This document shows, piece by piece, positions 1 to 7,904 of a DNA stretch of 64,000 bases; the stretch's first letter is position 1, and each line of letters starts with the position of its first letter. Location of the stretch: positions 66,544-130,543 of the forward strand of contig CAYLHO010000002.1 in NCBI GenBank assembly GCA_964383665.1, given 5' to 3'. The position numbers were made by a program, and so were the translations under genes. The notes beneath the pieces are model-generated. The model was not told where the DNA came from, did no database searches, and worked only from the letters and a program-made list of their open reading frames with translations. Source of the DNA: an uncultured Lachnospiraceae bacterium (lineage in GTDB: Bacteria; Bacillota; Clostridia; Christensenellales; UBA1242).

Positions 1-689
1 TTGCCTTGATTGTTTTAATGGCTCATGTTGGGCTTTACGTTCCAGCATCAAGCGCAGAAATTTGCATAACCGACCGAATTTTCACAAGGATTGGTGCAAG
101 CGATGACGTTGCATTCGGGCAAAGCACGTTCATGGTTGAAATGGTTGAAGTTGCAAACATTTTAAATAATGCAACAAGCAAAAGCCTTGCTCTTCTTGAC
201 GAAATTGGGCGAGGAACATCAACTTTCGACGGGTTAAGCATCGCGTGGGCTGTTATGGAGCACATCAGCAACAAAATGGGAATGAAAACACTTTTCTCAA
301 CCCACTATCATGAATTAACCGAACTTGAAGGAGTTTTGGAAGGTGTTAAAAACTATCGTATAACAGTTAAAGAGTTTAACGACGAAGTTATTTTCTTAAG
401 AAAAATTGTTCGCGGAGGGGCAAACAAAAGCTTTGGAGTTGCCGTTGCAAAACTTGCTGGGCTTCCAGCTGAAGTTGTTGCAAGAGCAAAAGAAATAAGC
501 AAAAATTTGGAAAATTCCGATTTAAATCGACATATTGCCGGCGGAAATGAAAAATCCGAGGCGATGATTAATGAAAACAGAAATCTTGGAGCAAATGTTG
601 TTGGAATTTTAAAGGATTTAGATATAAACAAGATAACTCCGCTTAGCGCTTTTGAAATTTTAGCGGATTTAGTTGAAAAGGTTAAATAA
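1..689 (+). CDS. mutS: DNA mismatch repair protein MutS, C-terminal portion (5' end outside window)
   Basis: The frame is open from the window edge to TAA at 687-689. The translation has MutS ATPase-domain signatures [21 protein letters not shown] and FSTHYHELT. mutL follows 22 nt later. Confidence 0.9.
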   Translation, partial: ALIVLMAHVGLYVPASSAEICITDRIFTRIGASDDVAFGQSTFMVEMVEVANILNNATSKSLALLDEIGRGTSTFDGLSIAWAVMEHISNKMGMKTLFSTHYHELTELEGVLEGVKNYRITVKEFNDEVIFLRKIVRGGANKSFGVAVAKLAGLPAEVVARAKEISKNLENSDLNRHIAGGNEKSEAMINENRNLGANVVGILKDLDINKITPLSAFEILADLVEKVK

Positions 690-711
690 GGAAATTATTT
701 AGGAGAAAGTT

Positions 712-2586
712 ATGGGAATTAACATTTTGCCAAGCGAAATTTATAACAAAATTTCGGCAGGAGAAGTTGTTGAAAGACCTGCAAGTGTTGTTAAAGAACT
801 TGTTGAGAACAGCATAGACGGCGGGGCAACAAAAATTACTGTTGAAATTTTTGAGGGCGGAATTAAAAAAATAATCGTAACCGACAATGGTTGCGGAATT
901 GAGCCAGCAGATGTTGAAAAGGCTTTTTTGCCACACGCAACAAGCAAGATTGCAAGCGAAACCGATCTTTTCTCAATTGCTTCGCTTGGTTTTCGCGGGG
1001 AGGCTCTTGCATCAATTGCAGCTGTTAGCGAAGTTGAATTAATTTCAAAAACCGATAACAACGATTTTGGGGTTTCTTTAAAAATTTCCGGAGGAGTTAA
1101 GGGCGAGAAAAGAGAAGTTGGGTTCGAAACCGGAACGAGAATAACCGTTTCAAACTTGTTTTTTAACACGCCGGCGCGTCTTAAATTTTTGAAAAAGCCA
1201 AAATCGGAAGAAGGCGAAATAACCTCGCTTATTGCAAAAATAATTTTGGCAAATCCAGCGCTTTCAATTCGATATATTGTTGACAACCGAATTGTTTATA
1301 ACACGTTTGGGAACGGACTTGCAGAGGCAATGTATATAATTTTTGGAAAAGAAACTTACGATAATCTTTTGGAAGTTTCCTATTCCCGCGAGGACGTTTC
1401 AATTAATGGTTATATTGCGCGCCCAACCTTTTCGAAGGCAAATCGAACCTATCAAACGCTTTTTGTTAATGGACGCGTCGTAACAAACTACATGATTTCC
1501 TCGGCCGTTCAAGATGCGGTTGATGCTTTCATAATGAAAGGGAAGTTCCCTCTTTTTGCTCTTAACATTTCAATTCCATATGAGCAAGTTGATGTTAACG
1601 TCCATCCATCGAAACAAGAAGTTAAGTTTGAAAATCCGGCAAGAATTTATGGAATTGTTAATTCAGCAATTTATAAGGCGGTTTCAAATGCTAACTATGT
1701 TCAAGAAACAACAATTGAAATTCCAATTCAAAAAGCGACGCAAGACGATAAAACAAATTCAAATTTTGAACTTGCAAAACTTCTTCAACAACATGCTGCA
1801 AAAACAAACGATGAAATTATTTTAAAAAGTTCCGATTCTGTTCTTTCAAAAATTCTTGCAGAAAATTTAATTAAAAATTCAGAAAAAAATGAAGAAAAAA
1901 TTGAAATAAATCAAATAAAACTTGAAGAAGTTGAAATTGAGCCAATAATTTCTGATAAAATAGAAGAGAAAAACATTCAAAAAATTGAACAAAATTCAAT
2001 GCCAGAATTTTTTGAAAAATACAAAACAATTGGGGTTCTTTTTGAAACATACATTTTAATTGAACAAGATGATATGTTTTACGTTATCGATCAACATGCT
2101 GCCCATGAGCGCCAACTTTTCGATAAGTTTAATTCCGAGCTTGAAAGTGGAGGGTTAACCCTTCAACCTCTTCTTGTCCCATATGTTTTTTCAACAAATT
2201 TAAAGGAAACGGAATTTTTGGAAAATAATTTGGAAATTCTTAATGGAAGCGGAATTGAGATTTCTTGTTTTGGCGAAAACACATTCAAGGTTTCAGCAGT
2301 TCCGGCAATCCTTGCCCAAATGAACTTGAAAGAGTTTTTCGACTCGGTTTTGGAAGATACAACAGGTGTTTCAAGAAAAACAAACGAAGCGCTTAAGAAC
2401 AAAATTGCACGCCATGCTTGCAGATCGGCTGTTAAGGCAGGAAACAAGCTTTCTAACGGCGAAATTGATGTTTTGCTTAAAACCTTTAAGGAAAATAAAA
2501 ACGTTCTTCTGTGCCCTCATGGACGCCCAATTGTTGTTGCATTTAAGAAAACAGAAATTGAGAAATGGTTTAAAAGAATTGTTTAA
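712..2586 (+). CDS. mutL: DNA mismatch repair protein MutL
   Basis: 624-aa ORF with the GHKL ATPase N-terminus (ERPASVVKELVENSIDGGATKI, DNGCGI). AGGAG RBS upstream. Sits directly after mutS. Confidence 0.92.
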   Translation: MGINILPSEIYNKISAGEVVERPASVVKELVENSIDGGATKITVEIFEGGIKKIIVTDNGCGIEPADVEKAFLPHATSKIASETDLFSIASLGFRGEALASIAAVSEVELISKTDNNDFGVSLKISGGVKGEKREVGFETGTRITVSNLFFNTPARLKFLKKPKSEEGEITSLIAKIILANPALSIRYIVDNRIVYNTFGNGLAEAMYIIFGKETYDNLLEVSYSREDVSINGYIARPTFSKANRTYQTLFVNGRVVTNYMISSAVQDAVDAFIMKGKFPLFALNISIPYEQVDVNVHPSKQEVKFENPARIYGIVNSAIYKAVSNANYVQETTIEIPIQKATQDDKTNSNFELAKLLQQHAAKTNDEIILKSSDSVLSKILAENLIKNSEKNEEKIEINQIKLEEVEIEPIISDKIEEKNIQKIEQNSMPEFFEKYKTIGVLFETYILIEQDDMFYVIDQHAAHERQLFDKFNSELESGGLTLQPLLVPYVFSTNLKETEFLENNLEILNGSGIEISCFGENTFKVSAVPAILAQMNLKEFFDSVLEDTTGVSRKTNEALKNKIARHACRSAVKAGNKLSNGEIDVLLKTFKENKNVLLCPHGRPIVVAFKKTEIEKWFKRIV

Positions 2587-2595
2587 GGAGATATT

Positions 2596-3495
2596 TTGGA
2601 AAACGCTGTTATAATAATTTTTGGGCCAACTGGAGTTGGAAAAACAAAAACCGCCGTTGAACTTGCGAAAAAACTTAACGGCGAAATTATTTCGTGCGAC
2701 AGCATGCAGGTTTTTCAAAAAATGGACATTGGAACTGCAAAAGTAAGCGAGGAAGAAAAACAGGGGATTCCCCATCATCTTCTCGATGTTGTAAGTCCAT
2801 TCGAAGAATTCAGCGTTGGAAAATATGTTGAACTTGCAACTCAAAAAATTGATGAAATTTTTAAAAGAGGGAAACAGCCAATAATTGCCGGTGGAACGGG
2901 ATTATATATTAACGCGTTAATTAATAATTATGATTTTGGAAACGCGGAAAAAGACGAGGAAATTCGCGAAAAATATAAAAAAATATTAGAAAAAAATGGA
3001 AATGAATTTTTATTTAATATTTTAAAAGAAAAAAATCCAGAAATTGCAAAAAAAATACATCAAAATGACACAAAAAAAATAATTCGCGCGCTTGAAAAAA
3101 TTGAAAATAAAAATCAAGAAAAAAAAGAATTAAAAAATAATTACAAATATTTAATTTTTGGGCTTTCCTTGCCAAGAGAACAGATTTATGAAAACATAAA
3201 TTTAAGAGCGAAAAAAATGTTCGATTGTGGCTTGGAGGAAGAAGTTGATTCGCTTTTAAATCTTGGGCTAACGCTTGAGAATCAAAGTATGCAAGGAATT
3301 GGCTATAAGGAAATTATTCAAGGACGTGAACTTGGAATGGGAAAAGAAGAAATCCTTGAACTTGTTCAACGAAAAACAAGAAACTATGCCAAACGCCAAT
3401 TAACCTTTATGCGAGGAATTAATAGTCTTGTTTGGGTTGATGCAAAAAATGCGACAAATGAAATTTTGGAGAAGATAAATGGAAAACAAAATTGA
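2596..3495 (+). CDS. miaA: tRNA dimethylallyltransferase MiaA
   Basis: 299 aa, TTG start 5 nt after AAGGAG. P-loop GPTGVGKT and a DSMQVF-type motif. Conserved mutL-miaA order. Confidence 0.9.
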   Translation: MENAVIIIFGPTGVGKTKTAVELAKKLNGEIISCDSMQVFQKMDIGTAKVSEEEKQGIPHHLLDVVSPFEEFSVGKYVELATQKIDEIFKRGKQPIIAGGTGLYINALINNYDFGNAEKDEEIREKYKKILEKNGNEFLFNILKEKNPEIAKKIHQNDTKKIIRALEKIENKNQEKKELKNNYKYLIFGLSLPREQIYENINLRAKKMFDCGLEEEVDSLLNLGLTLENQSMQGIGYKEIIQGRELGMGKEEILELVQRKTRNYAKRQLTFMRGINSLVWVDAKNATNEILEKINGKQN

Positions 3496-4687
3496 AGTGT
3501 ATGAGAAAAAACTTGAAAATGTTTTTAAGGAACTTGAAGATGTTTCTCTTTTCAATCAAAAAAAAGTTCTTCGTGCGTTTCAAGAAAACAAAATTAGCGC
3601 AACCGATTTCTATGGAACAACCGGCTATGGTTATGACGACAAAGGACGCGAAAAGCTTGGGAAAGTTTTTGCAAATGTTTTTGGAGCGGAAGATGCAATT
3701 GTTTCGCCTCAAATAACTTGCGGTTCTCATGCGCTAACAATTGCACTTTTTGGAATTTTACGCCCAGGCGATGTTATGCTTTCGGTAACTGGGAAACCAT
3801 ATGACACTCTTGACGAAACAATCTTTGGCACAGACGAGAAAGACATTGGGAGTTTGAAAGACTTTGGAGTTTGCTATAAACAAGTTGACCTAAAAAACGA
3901 CAAACTTAATTATGAGGAAATTGAAAAGCAAGTTGAACTTCTTAAACCTAAAATGATTTATATTCAAAGGTCGAAAGGTTATGCTTGGCGAGATGCGCTT
4001 TTTGTTCCGGACATTGAAAAAGTTGTTGAGATTGCGAAAAAGATCAGCCCAAAAAGTTTTGTTGTTGTTGACAACTGTTATGGCGAATTTATTGAGAAAC
4101 TTGAACCAACGAATGTTGGAGTTGACCTTATTGTTGGTTCGCTTATCAAAAACCCGGGAGGAGGGATTGCTTCAACCGGAGGTTACCTTGCCGGCACAAA
4201 AAAAGCAGTTGAACTTGTTGCAACAAGATTAACTTCTCCTTCGCTTGGAACAGAGGTTGGATCTTATGAACGCGGCTATCGCGAATTTTTCCAGGGTTTG
4301 TTTCTTGCCCCACACGTTGTTAAAGAAGCCCTTAAAGGAGCATATTTAATTGGCTCGGTTATGGAGGATAAAGGTTTTGAGGTTATGCCTTCATCAACTC
4401 AAAAAGCAGGGGACATAATTAAATCAATCAAATTTGAAAATGAAAAAGATATGGTTGAATTTGTCCAGAAGGTTCAAATGTTTTCGCCGGTTGACAGTTA
4501 TGTTTTGCCAATGCCATGGGATATGCCGGGATATAATGACCCTGTTATCATGGCGGCTGGGACATTTGTTTCGGGTGCTTCAATCGAACTTTCTTGCGAC
4601 GGCCCGGTTAAGCCTCCATATGTTGCATATTTCCAAGGCGGATTAACTTATGAACAAATAAAATTGATTGCCATGGAATTAATTTAA
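3479..4687 (+). CDS. YnbB-like PLP-dependent protein (aluminium-resistance / Met-gamma-lyase-like family)
   Basis: The 402-aa translation is collinear with my recollection of B. subtilis YnbB (TGYGYDDKGREKL, GKPYDTLDE, SLIKNPGGG, GGLTYEQ). Overlaps the miaA stop by 17 nt. Confidence 0.75.
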   Translation: MENKIEVYEKKLENVFKELEDVSLFNQKKVLRAFQENKISATDFYGTTGYGYDDKGREKLGKVFANVFGAEDAIVSPQITCGSHALTIALFGILRPGDVMLSVTGKPYDTLDETIFGTDEKDIGSLKDFGVCYKQVDLKNDKLNYEEIEKQVELLKPKMIYIQRSKGYAWRDALFVPDIEKVVEIAKKISPKSFVVVDNCYGEFIEKLEPTNVGVDLIVGSLIKNPGGGIASTGGYLAGTKKAVELVATRLTSPSLGTEVGSYERGYREFFQGLFLAPHVVKEALKGAYLIGSVMEDKGFEVMPSSTQKAGDIIKSIKFENEKDMVEFVQKVQMFSPVDSYVLPMPWDMPGYNDPVIMAAGTFVSGASIELSCDGPVKPPYVAYFQGGLTYEQIKLIAMELI

Positions 4688-4716
4688 AAAAGAAATTGAA
4701 AACTTTTTAAAAATTG

Positions 4717-4745
4717 TTGACAGTTTCCAAAAAATAGTGTAATAT
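4717..4745 (+). promoter_or_regulatory. Sigma-70/SigA-type promoter for the six-tRNA cluster
   Basis: TTGACA (4717-4722), 17-nt spacer, TAATAT (4740-4745). About 20 nt upstream of tRNA-Pro. Confidence 0.5.
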
Positions 4746-4764
4746 TACACTTGCTATTGTGTTA

Positions 4765-4840
4765 CGGGGTGTAGCGCAGTTGGTAGCGCACGTGGTTTGG
4801 GACCATGGGGCCGGGAGTTCGAGTCTCTTCACCCCGACCA
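4765..4840 (+). tRNA. tRNA-Pro (anticodon UGG)
   Basis: Cloverleaf folded by eye. Acceptor CGGGGTG/CACCCCG, anticodon loop TTTGGGA, T-loop GTTCGAGTC, encoded CCA. Confidence 0.9.
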
Positions 4841-4872
4841 TAATAAAGCACAATAGCACGCATTAATTGCGC

Positions 4873-4949
4873 GGACCTTTAGCTCAGTTGGTTAGAGCAA
4901 CCGGCTCATAACCGGTCGGTCCTAGGTTCGAGTCCTAGAAGGTCCACCA
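4873..4949 (+). tRNA. tRNA with CAU anticodon (elongator Met or lysidine-modified Ile2)
   Basis: Acceptor GGACCTT/AAGGTCC, anticodon stem ACCGG/CCGGT, loop CTCATAA, encoded CCA. It lacks initiator features (position 1:72 is paired, no 3 G-C pairs in the anticodon stem). Met and Ile2 cannot be told apart by eye. Confidence 0.85.
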
Positions 4950-4959
4950 ATTAAATTGT

Positions 4960-5036
4960 GGCTCGGTAGTTCAGTTGGTTAGAACGCTAGCCTGTCACGC
5001 TAGAGGTCGTGGGTTCGACCCCCATCCGAGTCGCCA
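4960..5036 (+). tRNA. tRNA-Asp (GUC)
   Basis: Acceptor GGCTCGG/CCGAGTC, anticodon stem CTAGC/GCTAG, loop CTGTCAC, encoded CCA. Confidence 0.9.
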
Positions 5037-5040
5037 GTAT

Positions 5041-5116
5041 GCCTTGATAGCTCAGTCGGTAGAGCAAGGGACTGAAAATCCCTGTGTCGGTGGTTCGATT
5101 CCGCCTCAAGGCACCA
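5041..5116 (+). tRNA. tRNA-Phe (GAA)
   Basis: Acceptor GCCTTGA/TCAAGGC, anticodon loop CTGAAAA, T-loop GGTTCGATTCC, encoded CCA. Confidence 0.9.
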
Positions 5117-5173
5117 CTTCTCATAAGAGAAGAGCCTTGAAAGGAAGAGAAACACCAAACTGGGTTTCAATTT

Positions 5174-5199
5174 AAGGCACAAGTTCTCGTAAGAGAAGA
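5174..5199 (+). repeat. Degenerate second copy of the tRNA-Phe 3' end plus its trailing hairpin
   Basis: AAGGCACAAGTTCTCGTAAGAGAAGA (5174-5199) matches AAGGCACCACTTCTCATAAGAGAAGA (5108-5133), which is the last 9 nt of tRNA-Phe plus the first spacer hairpin. Confidence 0.45.
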
Positions 5200-5218
5200 A
5201 AAAACTACGAAAGTAGTT

Positions 5219-5303
5219 GGTTGGGTTGTAGAGTGGTCAAATACATCAGACTGTAAATCTGACGCCTCCGGCTTCGATGGTTCGAATCCATCCCCAACCA
5301 CCA
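5219..5303 (+). tRNA. tRNA-Tyr (GUA), long variable arm
   Basis: Acceptor GGTTGGG/CCCAACC, anticodon stem TCAGA/TCTGA, loop CTGTAAA, long variable arm CGCCTCCGGCTTC, encoded CCA. Confidence 0.88.
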
Positions 5304-5308
5304 AATTT

Positions 5309-5383
5309 GCTGGTGTGGCTCAATGGCAGAGCAGCTGATTTGTAATCAGCAGGTTGTTGGTTCGACTCCAATCACCAGCTCCA
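5309..5383 (+). tRNA. tRNA-Thr (UGU)
   Basis: Acceptor GCTGGTG/CACCAGC, anticodon stem GCTGA/TCAGC, loop TTTGTAA, encoded CCA. Confidence 0.88.
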
Positions 5384-5388
5384 AATTG

Positions 5389-5432
5389 TGGGTTCAACAT
5401 AAAGTTATAACTATATGTTGAACCCATTTTTT
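5389..5432 (+). terminator. Rho-independent terminator of the tRNA cluster
   Basis: 13-bp stem TGGGTTCAACATA/TATGTTGAACCCA followed by TTTTTT. Confidence 0.8.
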
Positions 5433-5454
5433 ATAAGTTTTCAAATTGGCAAAA

Positions 5455-5478
5455 GTGATGTCAAAAGTGATGTCAAAA
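5455..5478. repeat. 12-nt tandem repeat GTGATGTCAAAA, 2 units
   Basis: Two perfect units, 5455-5466 and 5467-5478. The same unit occurs 6 times at 40223-40294 and once (inverted) near 58612-58623. Confidence 0.9.
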
Positions 5479-5598
5479 AGTGGTGTAAAGTCCTTTGTAT
5501 AAATTGACTATATCTTCTTTTCTGATTGTTGGGTCTAAATGCGTGTAAATATCGTGGTTATAACACTTGAAGAATGCACCCAAATTGTTTGTCTTTCT
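5473..5598 (-). pseudogene. Relic of a tyrosine-recombinase (integrase) C-terminus
   Basis: 41-codon minus-strand frame RKTNNLGAFFKCYNHDIYTHLDPTIRKEDIVNLYKGLYTTF*, closed upstream by TAA. The LG..(7)..DIYTH block resembles the extreme C-terminal box of tyrosine integrases that carries the catalytic Tyr. No start codon or N-terminal part is present. Confidence 0.5.
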
Positions 5599-5674
5599 TT
5601 ATCGCTTGCGTTTAAATAATGCTGATTTTGCGAAAATACTATTAAACTTTTAAAATATAATATATAATATCGGT

Positions 5675-6190
5675 ATGGAAAATAAAGAAAAATTTTACAT
5701 TTTCATGGATATTGACGGAGTTTTGTGGGATTGGTCTTGGCGTTTAAAAGCGATTAAAAATGGAGAGATCCTTAATAAACTTCAAATAGAGCAGTTTAAT
5801 CCAGAAAGCGTTAAGGCATTAAATTACTTGTTGTTTAATCTTGAAAAAAAGTATGATTGTTACCTTGTTGTCTCTTCGTCTTGGAGAGGAAACATGCAAA
5901 AAACAATTGATGTTTTGATGAAAAACAAAGTAAATTTAACTGGCAAGACGCTAGCAACTCCAATTTTTTCAAATCCTAAAAACAGGGGCGGCGAAATTTT
6001 CAGCGTAATTAAAAAAAATAACATTAAAAACTTTGTCATAATTGACGATGAAACCTTTAACTTTAACGAAAAGTTTGAACAAAAACATATTATAAAAACA
6101 AATCTATCTAAAGGCTCGCTTAAAATGGACGATGTTTCAACTTGGATTAAACAACAGTTAAACAAAACAGAATATGAGCAAATTAAATAG
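5675..6190 (+). CDS. HAD-superfamily hydrolase-like protein
   Basis: 171 aa. HAD motif I FMDIDGVLWD at the N-terminus, an SSSWR motif and a later IIDDE acidic motif. Family subassignment is not possible by eye. Confidence 0.45.
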   Translation: MENKEKFYIFMDIDGVLWDWSWRLKAIKNGEILNKLQIEQFNPESVKALNYLLFNLEKKYDCYLVVSSSWRGNMQKTIDVLMKNKVNLTGKTLATPIFSNPKNRGGEIFSVIKKNNIKNFVIIDDETFNFNEKFEQKHIIKTNLSKGSLKMDDVSTWIKQQLNKTEYEQIK

Positions 6191-6242
6191 AGAATTCTTG
6201 TTAAAAATTGAAACACAAAATCTGCATAATTAAATTCCTTAA

Positions 6243-6277
6243 AATAACACCTTTTTCGACAGAAGGTGTTATTTTTT
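6243..6277 (+). terminator. Rho-independent terminator after the HAD-like gene
   Basis: AATAACACCTT/AAGGTGTTATT stem followed by a T-run. Confidence 0.7.
6255..6261. promoter_or_regulatory. Perfect Spo0A-box heptamer (TTCGACA = TGTCGAA complement) upstream of spoIIAA
   Basis: Exact 0A-box consensus ending 57 nt before the spoIIAA ATG. The heptamer occurs about 10 times in the window, so a single hit is weak evidence. Confidence 0.3.
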
Positions 6278-6317
6278 TACATTTCTTTATTGCTAAAATT
6301 TTTAACAGGAGGAAGCA

Positions 6318-6626
6318 ATGCAAATTAGAAACAGAATTTACAACAACACTTTGTATGTTGTTTTAAGCGGTGAACTTGATGAATATTCTGCAACAGAAGT
6401 TCGACTTGTTCTTGATGAGCTTTTCGACAAAGAGGGGTTTAATCAAGTTATTGTTGACCTTTCGGAGTTGGAGTTTATGGATTCAACGGGAATTGGGGTT
6501 ATGCTTGGAAGATATAAAAAACTCAAAAGCAAAAATGTTCCAATTTTTATTTGCAACCCGTCGAATCACGCGGAAAAAATTTTTAAAATGACTGGGCTTT
6601 ATGAAATTATGCCCAAAATTTCTTAA
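6318..6626 (+). CDS. spoIIAA: Anti-sigma-F factor antagonist SpoIIAA (STAS domain)
   Basis: 102 aa with the phosphorylatable Ser context FMDSTGIGV. First gene of the spoIIAA-spoIIAB-sigF arrangement. GGAGG RBS. Confidence 0.9.
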   Translation: MQIRNRIYNNTLYVVLSGELDEYSATEVRLVLDELFDKEGFNQVIVDLSELEFMDSTGIGVMLGRYKKLKSKNVPIFICNPSNHAEKIFKMTGLYEIMPKIS

Positions 6627-6636
6627 GGAGGAAAAA

Positions 6637-7083
6637 ATGAATATAGTCAATGAAATGACATTAACTTTCAAGGCAATTTCGGAAAATGAGGGGTTCGCAA
6701 GAAGCGCTGTTGCCGCATTTTGCGTTCAACTTAATCCAACGCTTGATGAGATAACCGATGTTAAAACCGCGGTTAGCGAGGCTGTTACGAATTGCGTTGT
6801 TCATGCTTATCCAAAAGAGCCGGGCGAAATTTCACTTAATGTTAAATTAACAAATTCAAGTGCAATAATTTCAGTTTCCGACAGCGGAATTGGAATTGTG
6901 AATTTTGAAAAAGCAAGGCAACCTTTTTTCACAACAAAGCCAAGCGAAGAACGAAGCGGAATGGGGTTCACGGTTATGGAAAGTTTTATGAACAGTGTTT
7001 CTCTTTCAAAAAACGGAACAAACGGGCTCACGGTTACAATGGAAAAGAAATTTGGCGAAGAAAAACAAGCAGAAGGTTATTAA
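6637..7083 (+). CDS. spoIIAB: Anti-sigma-F factor / serine kinase SpoIIAB
   Basis: GHKL kinase boxes (EAVTNCVVHAY, DSGIGI, ERSGMGF). I chose the ATG at 6637, 7 nt after AAGGAGG, over the ORF-track start at 6601. Its stop overlaps the sigF start (TAATG). Confidence 0.88.
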   Translation: MNIVNEMTLTFKAISENEGFARSAVAAFCVQLNPTLDEITDVKTAVSEAVTNCVVHAYPKEPGEISLNVKLTNSSAIISVSDSGIGIVNFEKARQPFFTTKPSEERSGMGFTVMESFMNSVSLSKNGTNGLTVTMEKKFGEEKQAEGY

Positions 7084-7805
7084 TGTTAAGCCATGAAACA
7101 ACGTTAAAGTTAATTAAAGAAGCGCAGGCGGGGAACAACGACGCAAAGGAAAAGCTTATTGTTGAAAATTCGCCGCTCATAAAAAGCATAATTAAGCGGT
7201 ATGTTGGAAAAGGCGTTGAATATGACGACTTGTTTCAACTTGGAGCAATGGGGTTCGTTAAAGCCATTAATAATTTCAGCGAGGAATTTAATGTTAAGTT
7301 TTCAACCTATGTTGTTCCAATGATAATTGGCGAAATTAAACGTTTTATGCGTGACGATGGTGCAGTTAAGGTTTCAAGAACAATCAAGGCTTTGAATCTT
7401 CAAATTAACAAGTTTATCGAAAAGTCTTTAAAAGAGAACGGCGAAAAACCTTCAATTGAAACAATTGCAAAACATTTTGAACTTCCTTCTCAAGAAATTG
7501 TTTTCGCAATGGATTCGGCGAAAATGCCAATCTCGCTTTACACGCCTTTCGACGACGAAGAAAAGGGATTGCTTTTTGTTGACAGGTTTCAAGAAGAAGA
7601 TTCAAGCGAGGATTTGTTCGACAGCATTTTTCTTCGCGACACGCTTAAAAACCTTGAAAGCCGCGATAAAAAAATTATTTTAATGAGATATTTCCGCGAT
7701 AAAACGCAAAGCGAAATTGCAAAAGAACTTGGAATTTCGCAGGTCCAAGTTTCGCGTTTGGAAACAAAAATTCTTCAAAAAATTAGGGAAAAGGTTGCAA
7801 AATAA
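7083..7805 (+). CDS. sigF: Sporulation sigma factor SigF
   Basis: 240-aa sigma-70 family protein (region 2 FSTYVVPMIIGEIKRFMRDD, region 4 TQSEIAKELGISQVQVSRLE). Third gene of the spoIIA operon. Confidence 0.88.
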   Translation: MLSHETTLKLIKEAQAGNNDAKEKLIVENSPLIKSIIKRYVGKGVEYDDLFQLGAMGFVKAINNFSEEFNVKFSTYVVPMIIGEIKRFMRDDGAVKVSRTIKALNLQINKFIEKSLKENGEKPSIETIAKHFELPSQEIVFAMDSAKMPISLYTPFDDEEKGLLFVDRFQEEDSSEDLFDSIFLRDTLKNLESRDKKIILMRYFRDKTQSEIAKELGISQVQVSRLETKILQKIREKVAK

Positions 7806-7811
7806 TAAACA

Positions 7812-7843
7812 AAGCCGCAAAGCATGCGGTTTTTATTTTTTTT
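7812..7843 (+). terminator. Rho-independent terminator of the spoIIA operon
   Basis: CCGCA aagca TGCGG hairpin followed by TTTTTATTTTTTTT. Confidence 0.7.
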
Positions 7844-7904
7844 GTTATGCCTTATGTTTGACAAATTCAGCCAAAAATGTTAAGTTTAGGACAAGGAGAA
7901 AAAG

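Noticed and set aside
741-1286. Long antisense ORFs inside well-supported genes (e.g. 741-1286, 14368-14898, 28786-29220, 29746-30144, 48416-48823, 53148-53570, 55768-56196)
   Set aside because: They fully overlap genes with strong homology-type motifs on the other strand. They lack an RBS and have low-complexity translations, so they are shadow ORFs.
4975-5182. ORF-track entries 4975-5175 (+, 66 aa) and 5000-5182 (-, 60 aa)
   Set aside because: They run straight through tRNA-Asp and tRNA-Phe and the structured spacer. There is no RBS, and the sequence is explained by the tRNA genes.
7806-7904. Looked for T-box riboswitch leaders upstream of trpS, hisS and gltX
   Set aside because: The intergenic spaces (99 nt, 71 nt and an overlap) are too short. 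I found no specifier-loop/T-box (AAUUAGGGUGGUACCGCG-like) sequence.
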